Shown here one piece after another: positions 1 to 13,041 of a stretch of DNA of 64,000 bases. The notes under the pieces were generated by a model. That model searched no databases. It saw nothing but the letters and a program-made list of their open reading frames with translations, and was not told the DNA's origin. The translations under genes were made by a program, and so were the position numbers. The stretch lies in the NCBI RefSeq assembly GCF_003918875.1, contig NW_025767546.1, positions 1,116,001 to 1,180,000 of the forward strand. Direction: 5' to 3'. Source of the DNA: Haliotis rubra (lineage: Eukaryota). Position 1 is the first letter of the stretch. Each line of letters begins with the position of its first letter.

Positions 1-1524
1 GCGGAAAGTACAAAATTCTGTGCTAAGTTAGAGTAAATTGCACATAATCAACAGAAATTAGGGTCAGTTTTACTTAAAATGTTGAGACACAGGTTGTTTA
101 TGGATAGCTCTATCCAAATGACAGATAGAAAAACTACAGAAGTTTAGATAAGACAGTAGTTGAGAGAATTATCCACTGACCCTGAACATTTACTAGATAA
201 ACACCTTGTTCATTGTAAGTTTAAACTTAATCATTTCTTAGTATATTTCACATTTCTCTTACATAAAAAAGGAATTTCACATTTAGTTGATCAGAAGAGG
301 ATTTCATGTTTAGTTAGGTGCAAGCTAAGTCAATATTTAGGTAACTTTATTACAAAACCATATTTTGTAAAAAGACTTCCCTTCATCCTGCAATGCTGTA
401 TGAATAACACAATAAATATTGTAATTCTGTCCTACGAGTAAAGTATTCAGATCAAAGAACCCTTACCAGAAGTAGAACCAAGTTGCTTAAATCAAGAAAA
501 GAGTTTTTTAGTACATACAAAACACAAGCTGTCTGACCACCATTTCTAAGAGGAAAGAAATCCTCACACATTTGCAGTGTGATAAACCTTCAGTTTGGTG
601 AAACACATTCTTGACACAACCTCAAATCTAAAGTAATAATGAGCATACTCGTAATTATGTTTCCAGTTTGAATAGAATGACATGTACCTGTGGTCTGCAA
701 AAATACACAAGCTAGTACCTAAAAGGGTTCCACTTCTTGCCTTCGAAGGAAGCGACACACCAAAGTCCAACTTATTATGTTATATGCATTCACTCAATTG
801 AGCCAATCACAAGCTCAACTTGTTCTTGTTGAATATGTGGTCTGAATTAATAAACATGATATACTACCACAGGGGTTTGTTCAGTTAACATAATGGCAGA
901 TTTACCTTCAGAATGATCAGTAACCGTGAGGTTCAACCATCAACTCACAGCCTTACCACTTCATTGCCCCACTCAAATGATGTCTATCAAGTATTTAACT
1001 GTAACAGTAAATATCACGTTCAAATTCCACCATACTTTTGTATGATGTGATATCAAATAACTATGGAAGAAATATCTTCACACTATCTGTAAAACGAAAA
1101 TCAGCCATAACGTTCCTTGTCATGGTGCTTCATTCACCTGAAGCAATTTTATTTCTTGAGTTTGTTGCTTCCCTCAGCTATGACCTTGACGTGACTGTGT
1201 CCAGAGTAAAAACAGATGTCTTGTTGGTACAAAAATCCATGAGATGTCACTGCACAGTATGGTTTCAAAACAAACTATCACTTCATGTTCATGGAAGATT
1301 CCAAAACATACAGTCATTCATTCAAGGAAAAGTAACAGAAGGATTTGTTTCAATAATTGTATTTAATTATCCTAGTTTTGCAACCAAACAACCTAATGAA
1401 GGAGAGTTTACATTAGGCTGCAGGTTCAGCTTTCTGCACAGACCAGAAAACAGTCCACCAGTTTCACATACAATACTCATATATACAGTAACCACACGCT
1501 CTTCAGTGATGTCCACAGTATCAG

Positions 1525-1530
1525 TTTATT
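1525..1530 (-). terminator. Candidate polyadenylation signal (AATAAA) for NDUFA9
   Basis: TTTATT on the + strand about 145 nt beyond the stop codon; a second copy lies at 1148-1153. Confidence 0.45.
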
Positions 1531-1674
1531 GTAAATGGAGATATTTGACAATACCCCATGAGCAGAAGACAATTTTGAAACTGATTCCCAAAACTGGCCT
1601 GATTTGGCAAAGCTTCTGTTTCAAACAACTGACTTAACATCAAAGACAGTTCAACATCCTAAAGCTGGTGAGTT

Positions 1675-4600
1675 TCATGACACAACAGGAGGTGGAACTG
1701 GGTCTGCAAACTCTCCAAGTGCCTCGTCATAGTAGGCATTCATCCGGAAGGGCTTCAGTTCAAAGGGAGCTCGATCCTCCAGCCTCAGCAAGTTGACGCC
1801 GAGATCTTCAAGTGTGGGGTTTCCAGTCAGTATGTCGGTGATGTGATCCTGCAACAACATGTCCACCAGATGCAGGAAGTGAAGAAAGTTGGATGTCCTA
1901 ATGTCATTAGCACTGCATTGAGTGAGTATGTTTTTACGATGCTTTTAGCAATATTCCAGCAATATCATAACAGGGGACACCAGAAATGAGCTTCAAACAT
2001 TGTACCCATGTGGGGAATCGAAACCGGGTCTTCAGTGTGACGAGCGGACGCTTTAACCATTAGGCTACCCCAACGTCCCAATGTCAATAGCAGAAGGCAC
2101 AGAAGTAATTAAACCTGCCTAAAACAGTGGACCTGTGTGATGGGTGTGATCACATAATTCCCCATTTTACTGGTACTTGGGAACAAGATACTGAGAATCC
2201 ATTCTGTTTTGTGTGACTTCATCCACAAGTAAATTGGAATTCTGTCTAGATCATCTACTCATATTGGTCATCCTATTTACCCAACCCTTTCCTATGCCAT
2301 TATGATGCCTAAATACACAAAAGGATTATTGAACAAGATTTCGACAGAGACTGGAGATAATGTTCTTTGATTCTCATTATCGCTATAGGTCTTCACCATC
2401 TCAGCAGTTCATGGATAATAACTATATCTCCTATGCAAGAACACACTTTATGTTAACTGTTCCTACCTTCTCGATTTTCTCCATGGTATAGACGGGTGAT
2501 GCTGGAGCCATGGACAAAGCCATTGCTTTCATTCTGAAAAGCAGATATATATTTTTCGGTACCAAATTTTACAAAACCCAGAAATACTTACTGAATGTGT
2601 GAATCAGTACTTAGGAGTACCTGTCATAACCTTGCCTAGTAACAGACAATTACATTATCACAGGGTACAAGCAACTCAGTGCTGTCCTTGACTGTACCCT
2701 TTACAAAGTGTTCCCATTATTGAAAAGGGATATTCAATTTTCGAAATTTACCCAAATACTACGCAATAATATGTGTTGAGAATGGAACATCTATCTTAAC
2801 TTTCAGTTTTATCATAAAAGGCATTTTTGATATATGTGTATCAAACATACCTGAAAACTGGAGTAAGGTATGACCTCTTGAAGTTCTGGAACCTCATGCA
2901 TCGGTAGAAATAGTCCACTAAATCAGCCAGATAGTAGCGATGTGGCCTGTATATGTATGAATATATGTCAACCTTTCACAAATCACAAACAGATGTACTT
3001 GTATATGCATAAAAAAAATATATACCCAACAAAATCTATTCCAAAGAGTAGACAAATTAAAGGACATGTTCAATAGAAGTGAAACACTAGAGCACATGAG
3101 AGCACACTGACCCCACAGCATCATATGTTTGTCCAACTGAATCAGGGTTTCTGATGGCCTGGATTACTGCTTCAGCCACATCCGATACCTACAAAACAAA
3201 CTTTACATTGTGAGTACACAAAGATGAGAACATTAAAAAAGTACTACCATAACTGACATTTAATATGCAGAGAGTTCCAAACTATCCAGAGCTGTCATTA
3301 ACAGCATCTCTACTACTCAAAACTAGTTAAGCATTAGGCGATTCTTTCAAATTACTGTGATGAGGTGAGGTGAAATAGGGTTTAACATCATACTCGAGAA
3401 TATTTGCTCAAATGACGACGTAAGCTGTTTTTTTAGTGCCAGCTCATTGAGATACCATGCCGCAGTTAAGCATGAATACCCCACTCAGACACATTATACT
3501 GACTCCGAGCCGACCAGTCCTTGTTGTACCCATTAATGCCGAGCACCAGGCAGGGACCAACAAGTACCATATTTTAACATCGTATGGTATGATGCAGCCA
3601 GGGAGCAATCCCGCGACCTTCTGCTCTCCAGGCAGATGCTCTAACCACTACACCACGGAGGTGTTCCATATTACTATGGTTAATCTGCCATGGTCCTTAA
3701 CTTCTAGTTTAGGAAAGTCATGGGTTACTGGGAAACAAGAACAAGCACCCAAACAATGGAAGTCTGCAGGCTCAATCCTTGTTGCCAGCCTTGGACATTC
3801 TACTAGAATGAGTGAGTTTGGTTTTACACCGTGTTTAGCAATATTCCAGCAATTCTGGGCTTCACACACTGTCCCCATGTGTGGAATCGAACCCAGGTCT
3901 ACGGTGTGACAAGCGAACGCTTTCACCACTAGGCTACCCCACTGCCCCTCATTCTTTGCTGTCGACTAATACATGAATAATCGGATTCGAACTAATGACT
4001 TACGAAAACTGGCTGCTTGATAGTGGCATCTCCTTTCTGCCACAATGGCATGGTACCACGCGCTCTCCTGTCTACAAGAGAGTAACAAAATATTCAATCC
4101 AAGGCAAACAACCCTTCACACGTCATCTTTTGTAAAATGTTAATTTTTTCTGCTAATCAGTATTTTTATTCAAATCTCTCGAGTCATAAACTACATTACA
4201 AAAAAGTCATTGGTTCGTCAGTCTGAATACAAATCAGTATATAAGCATCTTTCACTCAGGATACGTAGTAAGATACTTCATACATGAAAAATATCTTAAA
4301 CTCTTCAAATTCTTGATCTACTATCTGCTTGATAACCCCAAACTACATAAGACAAATTCATGAAACGATGTTAAGCCTAAAATATTGTCTGCTTCAGTAA
4401 ATGCTTCATGCTCCCTTTAAGAAGGCATTACTTTCAGTATGTAATGTCTAGGCTCCTGTATCCTGATAACTTACAGACACTGGCATAGTATCTAATGAAT
4501 CGGTCCTCTGCCCCAAAAATGTCAGCAGGTCTGAAGATGGTGGCATCAGGGAACTCTTCCCTCACAGCCTCTTCACCAGCATACTGAAGGGAGGCAACAT

Positions 4601-7600
4601 AAGGTGGTTACTCTTTAAATACTTGATTACAGTGGGTGGGTGAGTGAGTGGTTGGGCATTTATGCTGGTTTGACAAGTACTTCTGCTATATCACAGTGTT
4701 TCAGTTTGGTGGTACGAAATCCTAAGAGATGCATGTCCTATACATTTACCACAATGGTAAAACAAAAATGTTGCTGACAGATCTAGAAACGTAATTGATA
4801 AAAACCTGCATTCAAACACATGATCATAGGATTCCTACACACGTCAAATTGAGGTGCCTTGGACAACTGGGCACCGGTATCCCTGTTTGATTAACAGATC
4901 TACTGGCAGGGTCTAGTTTTTTCTCTCAGAGCATGAACAAATTCCTGAGAAAAAAGAGTCCACGTTTCTCAGTTATCTTATGTATCCGAGTATCATATAT
5001 CCCTGATACCAATTTGCCTCCACAGTTTTGTTACAGAAAGTGGAGCTGGCATCTCTATGTTCTAATCTCCTTCTCATATGCTTGAAATCAACAACAAATG
5101 AAAACTGTCTCTATTTCATGTCTCCAGGGATGGAACCCAATCAGAAGCTGAAATGAAAGCTTCCTTTACCTTAGTTCTGAGGAAGCGTGATCCTCCTTTG
5201 ATGTAAATCTGTTGTGGATTAGGACTCGCATTGAGGGACGAGAAATGAATGAGCCTCTCCACACCATTCTCACGGGCCAGTCTGGCAATCAGGCGGGCAG
5301 TCTCAACATGTACGTCATTGTATTTGAAGTTTCTGAAAAAATATTATGAAACTGTGAAGAAAAGTTAACTGTAAACACAAGCAAGATGAGAAAACAAACT
5401 GACATCCTAAATGATGTACCCAAACCGGGTCAAACTTATGACTGACAATAACATGTTATCAGCTGAGAAGTAGAACCTGGACACCTGATAAGCTGCCTGA
5501 TGCAAGCAGCAAGGTGGGGCTCAGGACCAACATCTGCCGCTGGAGGAGTATCATTGTCCAATTACAATCATCTTTCAATTACATGCAATTGAGTATTGTT
5601 TCACACAGCTTTTAGAAATATTCCTACAATGTCATGCTTGGGGACACAAGAAATGTTTTGATTATCATAATCATGGTAGTCACAATTCAAACCCAACCAA
5701 GACTGTTTGAAATAGATCACAAAGCTTAAATGCTCCTTGTCTGGATGCCAGTGGTTAATGGCTATGATTGATAAGGGGTTCCTCAAAACAAATACAGTGG
5801 TTGCGAACCTAAACGACCCCACAACCTCCTGGTCAGTCCAACCGCCTCAATGGTGTAGTGGTTAGAGCGTCCACCCGGAGAGCGGAAGGTCGCGGGTTCG
5901 ATCCCCGACCGCGTCATACCAAAAGACGTTAAAATATGGTACTTGTTGGTCCCTGCCTGGCGCTCGGCATTAATGGGTACAACAAGGACTGGTCAGCTCG
6001 GAGTCAGTATAATGTGTCTGAGTGGGGTGTTCATGCTTCACTGCGGCATGGTATCTCAGTGGGCTAGCACTATAAAACCAGCTTCAGTCTTGGCTAGTAC
6101 AAGCAGACGCACATACACATAAAAATGCATGCACGTCGTCATATGAGCGAAATATTCTCAAGCATGACGATAAACCCAATTTCACCTCACCTGGTCAGTC
6201 CAATATTTTCAATTTCCCAAATCATGTAAATATTTGTTTCATATCAGTGAGGCTGGTGGATAAGAGTCCTACTACTCCTATAATTCAGATTGAAATACTG
6301 GCTGCTACTTGTATCAATCACTTGAGCACCATTGCTTTCAAGAGTGAAGAAAGCATTGGAACAACATAATACCTACACTGTACAGCACACTGTCATCTAT
6401 AAAGCAACCACACTTATAATGGAAATCCCCTGCAGAAACCATTAAAACAAAATATTAGTTAATTGCTATTTTGGACAAATACAAAGTTGCACTGACAAAC
6501 ATTAGAACTGAACTGGCCTTCAAATTCAGTGGAACCTGAAATAGATTGTAAGCAATTCTACTCTATGTATAGTTGGACCTCCTTTCATAAACCTTCTTTC
6601 TTGGAACCAAAAAAACCATTATAGATGGTAACATAGACTAATTGCCATCCCCCTCCAAGATGTTATTCTTGTAGTGACTCCTTTGGCTCCAGATTTGTTT
6701 AATGCTTAGGACACATTAAATCCAATAAGTTATTTATATTTGGGCAGATAGTGTTACCTTGTTTCCCAGTCTCGTCCAATCAGATTGATGACAACATTGG
6801 AGTGCTGCAAAACCTTCCTCACAGAGTCGTCATCACCGAATGGAGTATGGCTGGAATACAACACAAGAGTCACTCACTGCATCCGTATAGCACATTGGCT
6901 ACTTTCAAACAAAACAGGACAGAAATCCTTGACTCTTAAATTTATGAAGTTATTAATAATGTGAATGATGAATCTTAAAATGAAACCACTGACCCGACAA
7001 AACAGAACTTACAAAGAACAAGATCTGTCCCAAATCCCCAGACAACTTGAGTCTCTGAATGTCAAGTGGTTCGCTGCGGTAGGGGATAATCACCTGCGAC
7101 CCTACTTTCCCTGAAAAATGCAATTATAATTTTGATGATACTCCTTACACATCCCTGTGAATGATGTTGTCATTTAACAATATAGATGTGTTGATATTGA
7201 TCTACTTACACATATACATTGAGCTGATGATATCATTAATAAAGATGATAAAAATGTCAATCAAATTAGCTATTTTTTATATCTATGTTATTTCTGTTCT
7301 AATTCTAAATTTTAAGATTGTTAGCTGAATAAATATTCCAAAACTGCTGTGGTTTTAATTGAATATTATTACCTAATCTGTTTACAACATAGCGGCCAAC
7401 AAACCCAGTTGCACCGAACACAGTAGCTACAATTCCACTGAATGATGATCTTCCGCCACGACCCCTCTTGTAGGCGGCAAGGTTGGTGCTTTCATCTCTC
7501 TTGCTGATATAAACAGCACTAACCAAGCGAGGTACTGTTGCCTTTCCATGTCCTACACAAACAACATGTTGACAGACATATCAAAGTAAACAATGCAATA

Positions 7601-8282
7601 AAAAATGACTAAATAACATTTAAAAACAACCAACACCATAAAGAATATATCAATGCTTCTAGTTCTATACATGATCATTACTAGTGGCAAGGTAACAGAA
7701 AATGTGAAGCTTATTCCAACTTCTGCTGCGCTAAGGTACAATGATCTAGTAGAGTAACTGTTCCATACATATATAGATGTTAATGTTGGCTACGATAAAC
7801 TGCTTTCTACCCAACTGATCAGTAATGTGAGCTACCTAACGACACGATAAATAACCTGGTAGGCCCTTTCAATCTGACACAACTGTCATAACGCCAAAAC
7901 CTTCCGGTTAATTCCATACTGTAGCAGTCTTAGGAAGTGAAACTAGTCCAATAATTCAGAACCAGTGCAATGATGGAAATTCATAAATTGCAGGTTTACC
8001 GATACAATACAGTAGCACCATGATCAGAAAACATCATAACAATAACTGTTCACAAAAAAAATAAAGTTTCAACCGGTGCACTGCAATGTTGGAGGTCAAA
8101 GGGACGGTACAGGTTATTATTGTTACTGTGTAGATGGCTATCAAAATAAAGAGTAAATGTGATTGGTGTTATACTTATGAGCATTTCGACAGATATTAAT
8201 AATTGCGACTGACAATGCAAAAGCTTGGAAACTTACGCCCAACTTGGACGACAGTTTTGGAAACAGTGGCAATCGCCGCCAT
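1675..8282 (-). CDS. NDUFA9: NADH:ubiquinone oxidoreductase subunit A9 (39 kDa SDR-fold complex I subunit), 11 coding exons
   Basis: Exons read manually with GT-AG borders (minus): 8237-8282, 7373-7552, 7013-7110, 6758-6850, 5170-5332, 4475-4583, 4004-4071, 3112-3188, 2851-2946, 2467-2533, 1675-1848. Motifs [73 protein letters not shown]. About 389 aa if one extra base in exon 4 is ignored. Confidence 0.95.
1919..2079 (-). mobile_element. Short tRNA-derived SINE (family 1)
   Basis: A box (GGTAGCCTAATGGTTAAAGCG), B box (GGTTTCGATTCCCC) and a (CTCA)n tail; many copies in the window. Confidence 0.85.
3361..3660 (-). mobile_element. tRNA-derived SINE (family 2, Meta-domain-like), older copy
   Basis: Reverse-complement match to the 5842-6189 element (ATACCATACGATGTTAAAATATGGTACTTGTTGGTCCCTGCCTGG...). 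Confidence 0.8.
3809..3948 (-). mobile_element. Short tRNA-derived SINE (family 1), internal deletion
   Basis: A and B boxes and tail as in the other family-1 copies. Confidence 0.8.
5842..6189 (+). mobile_element. Full-length tRNA-derived SINE (family 2, Meta-domain-like) with 14-bp TSD
   Basis: A box TGGTGTAGTGGTTAGAGCG, B box GGTTCGATCCC and core GTCATACCAAAAGACGTTAAAATATGGTACTTG. Flanked by the direct repeat CCTGGTCAGTCCAA (5828-5841, 6190-6203). Confidence 0.88.
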
Positions 8283-8739
8283 ATTGCCGACTCACATTGC
8301 ACTATGGGAGAATCTTATTTCATATGAAGTGAATTTTAATGTGTAGCGCAATACGTATTAGCAAATAAACATTGAATCCGAATTTATAAATAAACCTTTA
8401 TTATACACGTATATAAATTACATGCATGCGATATCGGACCAAAATTACGGACACATGCAAAATATTTACGTACGGCCCAAACCGGAATGGGAATGATGAA
8501 AATCAAAAGAACATTCGAATTTGTGCAGCATTTCATTAAATTCTTGACATTTAATTCGGTTTTTAATTTGAAATGTACATAATGAACCGTTACTTTTGTA
8601 TGACATCAGCCTTCCCTTCCCTTTTTCAAAATTCATTCTCCGTTTTAAAGTTTGTTTGTGAAAACCACAGTCTTCACAAGTTGCAGCCACCAACCACGAT
8701 CATTTAACAATTTTTTAAAAGAAAATCGAAAAGAATTTG
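8272..8739. promoter_or_regulatory. Bidirectional promoter NDUFA9/TXNL4A, including a putative non-coding first exon of TXNL4A ending at 8739
   Basis: Divergent genes and local CpG enrichment. YY1-like CAATATGGCGGC overlaps the NDUFA9 ATG and ZNF143/Staf-like TCTCCCATAGTGCAATGTG lies at ~8294-8312 (minus). Donor G|GTAAGT at 8740; acceptor TTTCAG/ACAG at ~10786-10790. Confidence 0.6.
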
Positions 8740-10818
8740 GTAAGTGTTTTATTTCACCATTATATAACATTCTAACATTTCGATACATCATAATTCATTC
8801 TAACGGGAGTTAAGATTGTGATCACCCAAACAAGTTAATGTGCTTATTATTTCGTGGTGGGAGCGTTTGATTTACGTTTGTGTGGCTCAGAACGACGGCT
8901 TTGGCGTTCGTTCATTTCTTTATTTACCCACATGTCGGTACTGAATTTTCAAGGCACTCCACAGTGATACCACCGATAAGCCAAATATCTGTATGTGTCT
9001 CTTATCTTGTATAAGTGTATCAGTACTCATTATCCAATACGATCGATTTATATAGCTATAAAATGTACATAACACACTAATTTATGTTTAACTGGTTTTA
9101 AGAATTTTTACCATTACAGTTATTCAATACCTGCTAATAAATGTTAGGTACACAATGAATGTACAAGATAGCATATCATGTGGATGATTTTACAAAATGT
9201 TCTGTATAGATATATGCAACTAAAATGAGAAACTCCTTCAAGTTAACTATTGACTGAAATACCAGATCCTAAACCCCACATGATACAGAACCGTAACCTA
9301 AATTCGTGAATAACCTTGATTCATGGATCGCGGAAATTATCATGCTAGCTCGTAAGCCTCGCTGACAAAAAAAGTTTTGAATTTCTGCACTACACGCAAG
9401 TACACTAAATATAATTGTCCAGCATTGAGATAAATTGCCCCATATCACTAATACCACCATTACCAAATTTTATTTTTACAAAATGTCAAGTAAAATGTCA
9501 AGGTTGCTAGCTCCAACCTTCTCACTTCTCGTTGTCTGTTTTCCTTGGTGTCAGTACTTCTGAATTGGGATGTTGTACATAGTGGTATAAAGTAACCGAC
9601 TACATAATCCACAAATCAAGGAATATTAGGCATTTTCATATTATTTCAATTTGCTGATACAATGAATAAAATAATCAGTGCGTTATACAAAATATAATCA
9701 TGCATTTAAAATATGAATTTCGCCACACTTCCCTTATATCCATGAATCAAGGTTACGCGAGTGTAAATATTAATACCAAATAAATTTAGTTGAATTTACC
9801 CCATTAGGTGCTGTAATAATCATGCAAAGTTTAGATGCATTGGTGAAGAGAAGAGACGTTGAAGTATATAATATGATCTGTTCACATGCTACAGAAACAA
9901 TAGAAGTAACAGTCACTGACCAAGTCATTGCTGGATGAGGTAGCTGAAGACAAAGGGAACCCTATACTAACTAACAAAACTACTTTTCCTATTTATTTGT
10001 TCAGTGTGTTTAGGTTCGTTGAGAGAGCTGTTATCTACTCAAGTTTAAAATACATAAATTAAAGTACACAATATTTACATTGTGGTATATAAATTTCATA
10101 AAGACAAGCAATCAGTTTTTGTGAGAATCCTTGAGTTTGTTAGCTCGATAGGGTGACTAAACTCTGTACTGTTAAACAATGAATATGTAGCTAGTCTTGC
10201 TGAAGGGTTACATAACTGAAAAAGTGGTAGCCTAATGGGCTATTAAAATCCGATTAGCCATGGTTATGATGGTGTCGCAGGCTCTAATGAGTGGTCACTA
10301 GCCATTTCTCACATTTATCCCGCATTGTAATTTACAAGATCCTGCATGATATGGTCAAACCTGATATGACACAAACAAATGCCTAGAATGTCACTGTCAA
10401 ATATCTTGAATGAGACACTGTTAGAAAAAAAAATCTAGAAACTGAGGTACTTGACATATTATTAGTGTGTCAATCATGTTGAAAGAGATGGTTGACTGAA
10501 AAAGGAATCCTGTGCTCAGACTATATAAATTGGTTACTAGCATAGGATTATCAAGTCCAATATCAACTATTTACAGGTAACCTTCTCACAGATGAAATAA
10601 CAGAGTGTGGCATTTAGCAGCTAAAACCTTTTGACTTTCATACATCTAAAGAGTTATATGGGTCTCTTGAAGTTTCAGAATACAGTGGTACCTTCTTCAG
10701 CTCACAAAACCATCTTGTCAATGTAAATGTGATGAAGTTCCTGTAGTTGCCTGTGTTGTATTGGTTACCTGTTCATTACTTTTCAGACAGGTATTGAGTG
10801 GGGTCTTCATCAGCCAAG

Positions 10819-11247
10819 ATGTCGTACATGTTGCAGCATCTCCACAATGGCTGGCAGGTGGACCAGGCCATATTGTCGGAGGAGGATCGGGTGGTCATCA
10901 TCCGCTTCGGCCACGACTGGGACCCCAGCTGCATGGTCATGGATGAAACTTTGTACAAGTGTGCCGAGAAAGTGAAGAACTTTGCTGTGATATACTTGGT
11001 GGACATTTCTGCAGTTCCAGATTTCAACAAAATGTACGAGTTGTATGACCCCTGCACCTCCATGTTTTTCTACAGAAACAAGCACATCATGATTGATTTG
11101 GGTACTGGCAACAACAACAAGATCAACTGGTGTATGGAGGATGTTCAGGAGTTTATTGACATTGTGGAGACAGTGTACCGGGGCCCGAGGAAAGGGCGAG
11201 GTTTGGTTGTGTCACCAAAAGACTACTCTACCAAGTACAGATACTGA
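10819..11247 (+). CDS. TXNL4A: Thioredoxin-like protein 4A / Dim1 (U5 snRNP 15 kDa), 142 aa, intronless CDS
   Basis: MSYMLQHLHNGWQVDQAILSEEDRVVIIRFGHDWDP...NKHIMIDLGTGNNNKINW...SPKDYSTKYRY; canonical 142-aa length from ATG 10819. Confidence 0.97.
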   Translation: MSYMLQHLHNGWQVDQAILSEEDRVVIIRFGHDWDPSCMVMDETLYKCAEKVKNFAVIYLVDISAVPDFNKMYELYDPCTSMFFYRNKHIMIDLGTGNNNKINWCMEDVQEFIDIVETVYRGPRKGRGLVVSPKDYSTKYRY

Positions 11248-11746
11248 CAGCTTTCACAATTGCATTACCGGTATATGTATCATAAAGTGTCATTGGTCAT
11301 TTGTTTCGCTATTCATGTTTCACCAACATTGATACAAGTTACCACATTCAGAGTGCTGCAGTGGCCATGTAATGAAAAATAGACAGTTTCTTGAAGTGAA
11401 ATGCCATTAGAAATGTGTAAACATCAAATAGCCCATAAGTTAACCATAACAAAGGTTGTTGTCAGTAATGACTTATTAAGCATATATATTCACATCCCAT
11501 GCACATAATAGATAAAGTGAAGGTTTCCATTGCCATAAACACTAACCATCAGAAGTTCTCAAGTTATATATCATTGAAAAGTTGAGAAGCAGTGTAGTTT
11601 CTCAATTGTGAAGGCAGACTGTACATTACAATCTGAGGCCCTGTTCAACACATAGACATTTGTTTCGCAATGCCATCTGTTGCCATGGTAACGGACAACA
11701 TCAGGAAAGACTAATTATTATGATTGTCGTATTGTCTGGGACAGGA

Positions 11747-11752
11747 AATAAA
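11747..11752 (+). terminator. Candidate polyadenylation signal for TXNL4A
   Basis: AATAAA followed by a GT/T-rich downstream stretch (tgttgctttttgtgctttgttgg). Confidence 0.55.
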
Positions 11753-11914
11753 CATGTTGTGCTATGTTGCTTTTTGTGCTTTGTTGGTAAGTATAACTGT
11801 CAACATGGTCAAGTGTAGGAATTTGGTTTGTTTTGGTTGACATTCTCTGTGTCTCTGGTCTCATCAATTACAGTGAGAATGAATGGTATGTGAAAGTCAG
11901 CAAAAAGCATACTA

Positions 11915-13041
11915 TACTGAACAGCAAACGAAACACAAGTCTGGCTTTTTGTCAAGTTTTTGAATAGAAGACAACCAAAATCATGTCTAGTCATTTATTG
12001 TCTAGTCATTTATTCTATAGAAAAATGTTCAAATTGATCACAGTCCGTCAAATGGAGAACGCGAAAAGTGACAGACTCTTTAGTAGCACGTATAGCCACC
12101 TTGAGCTTGCACACAGGCCGTGCAATGTGGCCTCATTGAGTTCACTAGAGTCTGAAAGGATGCCTGAGGCAATTGGTTCCGCCCAAACACCAATCTCTAT
12201 TCCAAATGTGCAAGTGTGAGTGGCTGTCTACCTGCCCCAATCCTCCGTCCAATTTCGTCCCAGAATGTTCAATGGGAGCCATATCCGGTAACGAGATGGC
12301 CATAGCAAAATGTTAATGTTGTTCTGAGCCAGACAATCCATCGACACCCTTGCTGTGTGAGGGCTGCAAACGTCATTGGCGTTGTTGACGTGCCAAAATT
12401 GGCCCCACATATGGCCTTCAGCAGTGGATTCCAGCAGCCGGAAGACGACGCCTAATCGTATCGCTGGACACTGCTCCCCTTGACCCAAGAACTAAGGCTG
12501 CTGTTACTGTTGCTGCTTGAGTTCGGTTCCTTAGATGAGTGACCCGGATGAACCGATCTTGCGTATGAGTTGTTACTCGTTGCCGTCCGGTACAGGGACT
12601 ATCAGCAGCAACCCCTGTTTGCTGATGACGTTGAGCAAGTCGTGTAATGGTGGTAAAATGACAGCCCAATTGTCTAGCTACCTCCGTGCAACTTTCCAAT
12701 GGCCATTCCCCTCTGCTCAGTCGTTAGTCTAGGCATCGTTTGTGTGGCGTGTACACCTCCTAGCGTCAATGCTGAACTCTTTTGACACAAACCTTTATAA
12801 AGGATACCTCAGAGTGAAATGCATGTTTTCCATCCAGAACTGTCAATGCACGTGCTAAAATTATTGTTTTGTTGCACTCACTGTTGGTGTGTTTGTGCCA
12901 GTGTTTCGTATGGACGTCAAATTGCATGACATCTCATCGGGGATCATGACGTCACTTTACCATGAACGTTCCATAAACATGAACGCTTACCTTCATGAAA
13001 TTTCATTTTTTCGAAACTTGCGTTTCTTTTGCTGTTCAGTA
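11915..13041 (-). mobile_element. Internally deleted Tc1/mariner DNA transposon
   Basis: 26-bp TIRs TACTGAACAGCAAA(C/A)GAAAC(A/G)CAAGT at 11915-11940 and 13016-13041. Decayed transposase: MPRL...EVARQLGCHFTTITRL...TGRQRVTT..QDRFIR (paired-like HTH) and PHTARVSMDCLAQNNINILLWPSR (DDE C-terminal part). Confidence 0.88.

Noticed and set aside
1038-1637. 199-aa plus-strand ORF
   Set aside because: Non-ATG start, no recognisable motif, antisense to the NDUFA9 3' UTR.
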